DNA of 64,000 bases from Batkoa obscura (lineage: Eukaryota). Location of the stretch: NCBI GenBank assembly GCA_030770535.1, contig JASVEC010000011.1, forward strand, positions 1,054,001 through 1,118,000, read 5' to 3'. Position 1 is the first letter of the stretch; each line of letters begins with the position of its first letter. The position numbers were made by a program, and so were the translations under genes. Of this stretch, positions 56,802 to 64,000 are shown piece by piece. Under the pieces are notes generated by a model that searched no databases, was not told where the DNA came from, and was given only the letters and a program-made list of their open reading frames with translations.

Positions 56802-57171
56802 CTTTTGAATTTGAAATATTGATGGAAAAAAAATCACTCAATTGAACTAACTGGTTACAATGGCACTCGGCTTAATTTTGAAGTTGGATCATTCAATTTC
56901 ATAATGGGAACTTGGAACGTAATAAAGTTCATTCTTTTTATTAGATCTCTAATTTTTATTAAAAAGAATATCAAAATAAAATAAAAATTGCAACCTCAAA
57001 AAAAAATAAAACGCAAAAACAGCAATATTATTACCAAAAAAAAGTAAATTTATTGAACTTTAGATTTTATATTTATATTTATATTTATATTTATATAAAA
57101 AAGAATAGTTTTCTCCGTAAAAAAATAGAACTTAGTAACCTATATACTTATAACTATACAAATTCGACTCA

Positions 57172-57469
57172 TTATTGATGAAAGGAGATGGATCTTGCTG
57201 ACATAGTATCCACTCGACTACGATGAATCATAAAGGCAGGAGTAATCCATTTACCACAAGAACATTGAGAACCTAGGATAAAAATTTTAAATTTTAAAAT
57301 TACAAATAATATTAGTTTTATTTACCTCTCCATGAATAAGTACCTAATTTAGTATGACATTTTGGACATTCAATTTTACCATCTATATGTCCTTCTTTAA
57401 TTCCTTCTATCCAATCCATGGGTTCAATAAAATAGGAAGAACAAGACTATAGATTATTATAAAATTATT

Positions 57470-57537
<68 letters not shown>

Positions 57538-58753
57538 TTACCTCTTCTTTTTTATAATTTGAAAACATGGGATCTCTTTTTCTATAATTAAAATCGGTTT
57601 GTCCACTACCTACTTCATGAGGTATTATATTTTCTGGATTGATTAAAGCTCTTCTATATTAATATTTATTTTGATATTAATATTCTAATTGTCATTTTAA
57701 TTGTTTTTACTTACCTACATCGTTTACACCTAATTTTTTGAATTGTATTACCTGGAAACATAGTACCATTCATTATTTGTTCAGGATCAATACCCAATAT
57801 CATATCTTTGGAAAAGCCTTGAGCTAATAGTTATAAAAATTATATTAATAAATCATAATAAAATGCATATAATATAATATAATATAATATAATATAAACA
57901 ATAATAATAACACAATATGAAATTATTCTACTTACAAATAAAATCACTACTCATTTTAGTAATTAAAAATCTTCTATAAAGTTCATTTTTAATATCAACT
58001 TCATAATTAATTTCATAATATAACTGTAATTGTTCTCTAAAGCCTGGATTAGGACTAAAAATGTTAATTCTTATTATAAATTTAATATTGAAACTTTTTC
58101 AACTTACTCAATAATACTTCGTGCTTTAGTTACTTGATTTAATGCTTCTTCAACAGACCAATTATGTTTTTTCATTAAATAAGCAATCACCACTGTTGCA
58201 CTACGTGATATTCCTGCCATACTATTAAATTATAAAATTAATTCTCCTATTCACTGATTTATAATACTATTAACTTACCAATGAACCAAAACGTTGCCAT
58301 TTTGTTTAATAGCTGTATCAATAAAATTATTCGTTTGATCAAAATATTGTAATAAATTTTCATTTTCTTCATCAAATACATTAATTTGTAATCGAATAAT
58401 CTAAATTGATTATAGATTTAATTATTATAATAAGTATAATATGCTCAAAGGAAGATAAGGTTGATTGGTCAATAACTTACCTTTTCAGTTAGATTACAGT
58501 TATTCATATTTTTACCAACAGTCAATATATGCGTGATATTTAGTGTTTCTAATAATTGAGGTTTTTGTAATGCATCATAACTATCATAATTGTATTTTTA
58601 TTATAAGCTGTTATTTATATTATTGATTACTTACCTTCCAAGATATAAATGTTCCTTGATTTGGTCACATAAAGAAATAGCTAATGTTTTTTCACTTACA
58701 TCTAAGTTTAATAACTTAGGAGGCTCAATTTTAATTTTATTTTCTAAAATCAT
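57172..58753 (-). CDS. YVH1: Dual-specificity phosphatase Yvh1/DUSP12, many exons
   Basis: Spliced HCMAGISRS catalytic loop, PNPGFREQL, and zinc-binding C-terminus (CSSYFIEPMDW, CPKC..KLG, CSCGKWITPAF). Confidence 0.92.
57470..57538. repeat. Intronic (TTTA)n microsatellite
   Basis: Long TTTA run inside a YVH1 intron. Confidence 0.85.
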
Positions 58754-59333
58754 ATTAAAATATCAATATATATCTTCACTTTGTAGTTTATTAATTCACT
58801 TACTCATTATTATCTTCTTATCTATAATTGAAATTTATGATAGTTTTTAAAAAAATTCTCAAGAAATATACTCTATTTTAAATTTCAATGCTGATTATTC
58901 GTTTTAAATTTAATGTGACTTGGATTTGGCTTATTTTCACGGCTATTTTTTCAAACTGGAATCAATTCATTCACTATTATACTATTATTATCTATTATGA
59001 ATAACTAATAATAGCAATAATAATAATAATAATAATAATAATGACATCTACTTCAATATTGAAATAATAATAGCTTACACCTTTATAATAAAATAATATA
59101 GCCAATTATCAATATAACAATATTCGATTACATTTCAAACAAATCTAAAACAAAATATAATATCAACAAATAAGACTTTATTATCACTTCAAAAAAAGAG
59201 TGGAGAGAAATTTAGACTCAAAAAAATTTCAAATCACTTGAAAAATTATCCATACAATTGCAATTTTCTACTAACTTCTTTTTTCAATATTTTCTTCCAA
59301 TTACAACAAATCATACCTTCATCTACAGTCAGT

Positions 59334-60487
59334 ATGGACCCCCATTCTTCCCATAATAGTAGTATCCCACCATCCACTCCATTGACTACTCATTTTTATC
59401 AACCGGATAATTATTCGAATCCAAGTAATTCAGCGTCTCAAGCAGAAAGGGAAAATTTAAAAACACTAAGTAATAAAAGGATAGCCACGTTTGCTCATTT
59501 ACATCGAGTACTCGAAGGAAAAAGTCATTACTTTAATACAGTAACTATATTAAAAGAAGAAATTTATTCGATTTATGATAATTCAAAATTAAGGAAAAGG
59601 TAAGTTTTGAGATGAAAAATAGAAAGAGAGTGAAAAGAATTAATGGATTCAATGAATACAAAAACTTTTTTGTAAATTTTAGAATTAATTTTATTATTAT
59701 TATTTAGATCCCTTCAATATTTTACTTTAGGTTCTAGTTTAGGACCTATTATTGATATCCATCATCCAATGGATTTTTCAAAAGCGCTAAGTAGTTTATT
59801 GGATGAATACGAAAGTTATATAACTAATGAAAACAGTAAAAATAAACGAAGACCCAATTTTTTTCGTAGTAGAACGAGTTCAGATGTTAATAATAATTCC
59901 ATGAACATTAATGAAAATTCTGAATTTATTAATCTAGATATTAAAAATGTGGTAAGTTATTAAATTTGAAATAATCAAAATTTTTAAATTAATTATTTGT
60001 TCTTTATTTTAGCCTTTTGAATTAGATTATTTACAAGTGTTTTATGCTTTATGCAATATAATTTGTGTAGTTTATCATAAAATTGTGGATAATATGAAAG
60101 TACCTGTTCCTTCTAGTTATATTGAAACAATGTATAAAGTAGATAATAAGTTCAAGGTAATTCTATTATAGTATTAATTTATATCTATTTCATACTATTC
60201 TATTTTTATACTGTTTATTTTATAATTATTTTTTATCTATTTTTTATTCATTAATTTTAATATTATTTTATTTAATATAGAAAATTATTCAAATTGTAAC
60301 TAAAGAATTAGATAATATTGTTAGAAATAGTATTAAAGAAGAATTGGGTATATTAGATCCTTTAATTTCTCAAAAAAACAATAATGTTTCATATCCATTT
60401 GAAGATTGGGAAGCTTTATCAATGGTAAGTTGAATTACTGTGCTATGTAAGACAGATGTATTAATGAAGTTTTAGGATTCAAAATAA
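59334..60487 (+). CDS. Hypothetical protein, probably conserved, 5 exons
   Basis: GT-AG splicing yields an open protein (KRIATFAHLHRV, YFTLGSSL, PFELDYLQVF..LC, KVDNKFKKII); function unknown. Confidence 0.7.
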
Positions 60488-60680
60488 GCGCTTTTATAGG
60501 GCGGAGTTTTTTTATTTAAATAAATGTCTTTTTTTTTCTATTATATATGTATATATGCTTGAAGTTTTTTTTACTATTCTTTATATTTAAAAAATTTCTT
60601 TTTTTAAATTCATAAAAAAAAAGGAGGAATTTTTATTCCTCATCTTTTTTTCATATTCAACTTTAATAAACAATAGAAAG

Positions 60681-61816
60681 ATGATTCAACACTCCAATGC
60701 ATCTCAAGAAAAATTAAAACAATTAAAAGAAAAACATAATCAATTATCAAACTTCGAAAATGTATTGAAAAACAATTTAATAGATTATAAAAATTATTTA
60801 GATTTAAGTAAGTTAATTTTGATTTTATTTCATCTCACTTTGTATAAAAGCAAGATATAAAAATAATTAAATGAAGATCGGTTAAGTTTTTAATTCTTAA
60901 ATTTCATTGAACTAACCCATTCAACTTTTATTTCTAGTTCAAAAAAGAGATTTAGCTAAAGTAAAACGAAGTCAAATAACGGATAAATTAGGAATTGAAA
61001 AAGAAATTCAACTATTAAAAAAAGAGTTAATCGAATTACAAGCCAAAAAACATATTAAAAATAAAGTAATTGAAAAGTAAGTTTGAATATTATTATTGGA
61101 ATTATTGTCTTTTTAAATTCATCCCAAGTATCTTAAAATATTCAAAATTATTGCTTTTCTATTGACCAAAAATAGAAGGGATTCAACTAGTTTGAACTAA
61201 AGCTGATTCTTTTTTTTTATTTAGTACCATTGTCCAAGTCGAATTATTAAAATCATATTATAAAGAAAATAAATCAGTTAATGGGATTGATGAATTAACT
61301 AAATTAGATCAAACAATTATGAAATTAGTGGATAAAATAGAAGATTTGGATGATAAAAATAAACAATCCTTTTTTTTGATTCAAGGTAACTTAATAAAAG
61401 ATAAGAACAAATATAAAAAGAAAGATATTTTATTTATAAAGATTTTGTTTACTGATTCGATTTTACTAGATCATCTTGAACAATTAAAAAAAGAAATTGA
61501 AAAACAAAGTCAAGCAAATCTATCTCAACAGTAAGTTGATGAATATCTTGCAACCAACTTAATATAACAAACTAATCTCACCTTTTAGTACTTCTCAAAA
61601 TCAAAAATCAATACAAAATTTAAATTTTTTAAATAAAGAAATTCGATTACTTCGCCAAATAATAACGGTAAATAATAAAATTTAAACAATAATTCAATTG
61701 ATTGATATAATTGTTTGTTTATATAAAATGTATAGGGGTTAGTCTTTACTAGTAAAATCGATTGGTATAATGATAAAGGAGTATATGAATTAATGATGGA
61801 AGAAGAAGAAGAGTAG
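60681..61816 (+). CDS. CENP-H/Fta3-like coiled-coil kinetochore protein, multi-exon
   Basis: Coiled-coil exons ending RLLRQIIT|GLVFTSKIDWYNDKGVYELMM, resembling the CENP-H C-terminal L..S.V.W..D motif. Confidence 0.62.
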
Positions 61817-61887
61817 GAGGGGAAGAAGAAGAGAGATACAGTGAGGAAATGTAAACCAGAAGAGAGTAATAGTAATATATAATGAAT

Positions 61888-62868
61888 CTATTTATTTAAA
61901 TAAAAACCATTAAAATCTAATTTGATAGCTAATGGAATAAAAAAATCATTGCCCCTTAAAATTGATAAAATTAAATTTTTAACTTCATTATCAAATTTTA
62001 TAGATAATCTTAATAATTTTTCTTTTACTTTAATATTTTTTAAACTATTATTATTATTATTATTATTATTATTATCTTGTTGATAAATTATTAAATTACA
62101 ATATTGTTGAATTAAATGAATTAATTTAATTAATATTAAACTAATATTTTTAATTTTAGATTCTGGTAATAAACAATAATTAATCATTGAAATTAATAAC
62201 ATTTCATGCTGTTGATTCATTTGATATAAATTTAGTTTATTGTTTAATAATATTTGTTGAATACTATTCCATTTCGACATAATAATTTCATAATAACAAA
62301 ACGATTGATAATGAATTAAAAACTGTACCATTTTAAATAAAGTTAAATGCTGAGTTGAATTAAATTCATTATTTTTTAAATTATATTTATTATTTATTAA
62401 TATTAAGTTGATTTGATTTTCAATTCGTTTTAGTTTGATTAAATAATTAAATATTTTTTGATATAATTTATCAATTTTGTTATTCATTAAAATACTTTGT
62501 ATTGAATTATTATTATTATTATGTTCTTCTTTATTATTATTATTTTCATTAAGGTGATATTGATATTCAATTATTAATTTATCCCACCACCAATTATTAT
62601 TACTCGTATTATTGTTACTATTATTATTATTTACTTCACTATTTGTATTTGTATTATTATTACTATTATTATTCTTAATATATATATTATTATTGTTTAT
62701 ATTTAATTCTTCATTAATACCTTCATAGTAATTCCAATTATTAATAAATTTAATCTTTAATTTCCCAATTAAATAATTTAAATTCGAATCTCTTAATGTT
62801 GTATCTAATTTCGTGTTTAAACTATTAATTAAATAGGTTTGATTCATGTTATTATTATAATAACTAAA

Positions 62869-62903
<35 letters not shown>

Positions 62904-64000
62904 AAATTGAATTAATTAAGTTTTTAATAAAATCTCCATTACCTAATAAATATAATTGATAATAATTAATAATTTCAGTTTCAATCTTTATCTTATTTTT
63001 TAAAAAATAATTAATTTCATTATTAATTAATTCTTCAATTATTATTAATTGTTGAATATTAATTACTTCTTCTAAATTATTACTCTTTAATATTCCATTT
63101 AACATTTCATTAAATCCTTCTCTTTCTTTATTTTTAATTAATTTTCGACTCTTTCCAATTATTAATATTTTTTCTGCTAATTCGATTGTTAAATAATTAG
63201 GGATTTCTATTTCTTTAATTAAATATTCCTTTTGTTGATGATCATAATAAATAAAATATTCATTATATGGATCATTATTAATTGTACCATATTTAATCCA
63301 TTCAACTATCATTTTATTATATGGTATAATACACTAAATATGAGATAAGTTATATTATATTAAATAATATTATATTATATTGTATTACCTTATAAATAAT
63401 TCTATTAATTAATGTTGTTAGTTGCAAATCCCCATGTTTAATAAATTGAAATAAAAAAGACAATATTTGATATGATTTTTTATATTGAATATTAATTAAT
63501 AAATTAAATAAAATATTTAATTTAATATTTACATCATTGAAAAATAATATCATTTGATTTAAACTAATCTTTTTTCCATTAACTAGCTCATTTTCAATAT
63601 TAGCAATGATACCATAATATTCTTTTAATTCATTATTAATAAATGAATATATACTTTGTAAGATTAACCCTTGATTCATATCATTATTCATATTACTATT
63701 ATTAATTATATTATATATAATTTTAAACTGATTTCCAATATCTATTAAATATTGAACTTTACTTTTACTATTTCTACTTAAGTTAATGTCATTATTAATT
63801 ATGTATATTTTTAAATTATGATCATATTGAATATATTTTCCATCAATACCTTGTAGTACATAGATTAAATCTTTAATTACTTCAACTTCATTGACGATTT
63901 CTAAAATAAAAATATATTAGTATTTTTTTTTAATAAAACAATATATTTTATTATTTGAATTATTTGAGTTATTTCTATTATTTCTATTATTTCTATTATT
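61888..64000 (-). CDS. Gamma-tubulin complex component, GCP3/Spc98-like (5' end beyond window)
   Basis: DLIYVLQGIDGKYI, GLILQS...EL.EYY..IA, LLGNGDF and C-terminal L..KLDFNGFY; poly-Asn insertions. Confidence 0.85.

Overview
This is very AT-rich eukaryotic DNA with short (about 45-70 nt) spliceosomal introns. The gene content (Zn2Cys6 factor, Ycf1, plus CLEC16A-like and AP-4 sigma-like genes) points to an early-diverging fungus; an Entomophthoromycotina-like origin is my inference only. Two intron-rich housekeeping blocks (about 5.5-20 kb and 53-64 kb) flank a more accessory stretch containing intronless genes, pseudogenes, a secreted repeat-peptide precursor and most copies of a ~100-bp MITE (10 copies in the window, 4-bp TSD). 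Three genes absent from the ORF track were reconstructed by hand: PIG-Y, COX7A-like and AP-4 sigma-like. Highlights: (1) a textbook AT-AC U12-type minor intron after a 12-nt micro-exon in the AP-4 sigma-like gene; (2) a perfect 282-bp inverted repeat nested inside older, diverged arms; (3) a Kex2-type repeat precursor with RR|GSGIP(F/Y)GGY cores; (4) a Zn2Cys6 gene broken by a single in-frame TGA. No rRNA, tRNA or CRISPR was seen. Exon boundaries were read by eye and may be off by a few bases.
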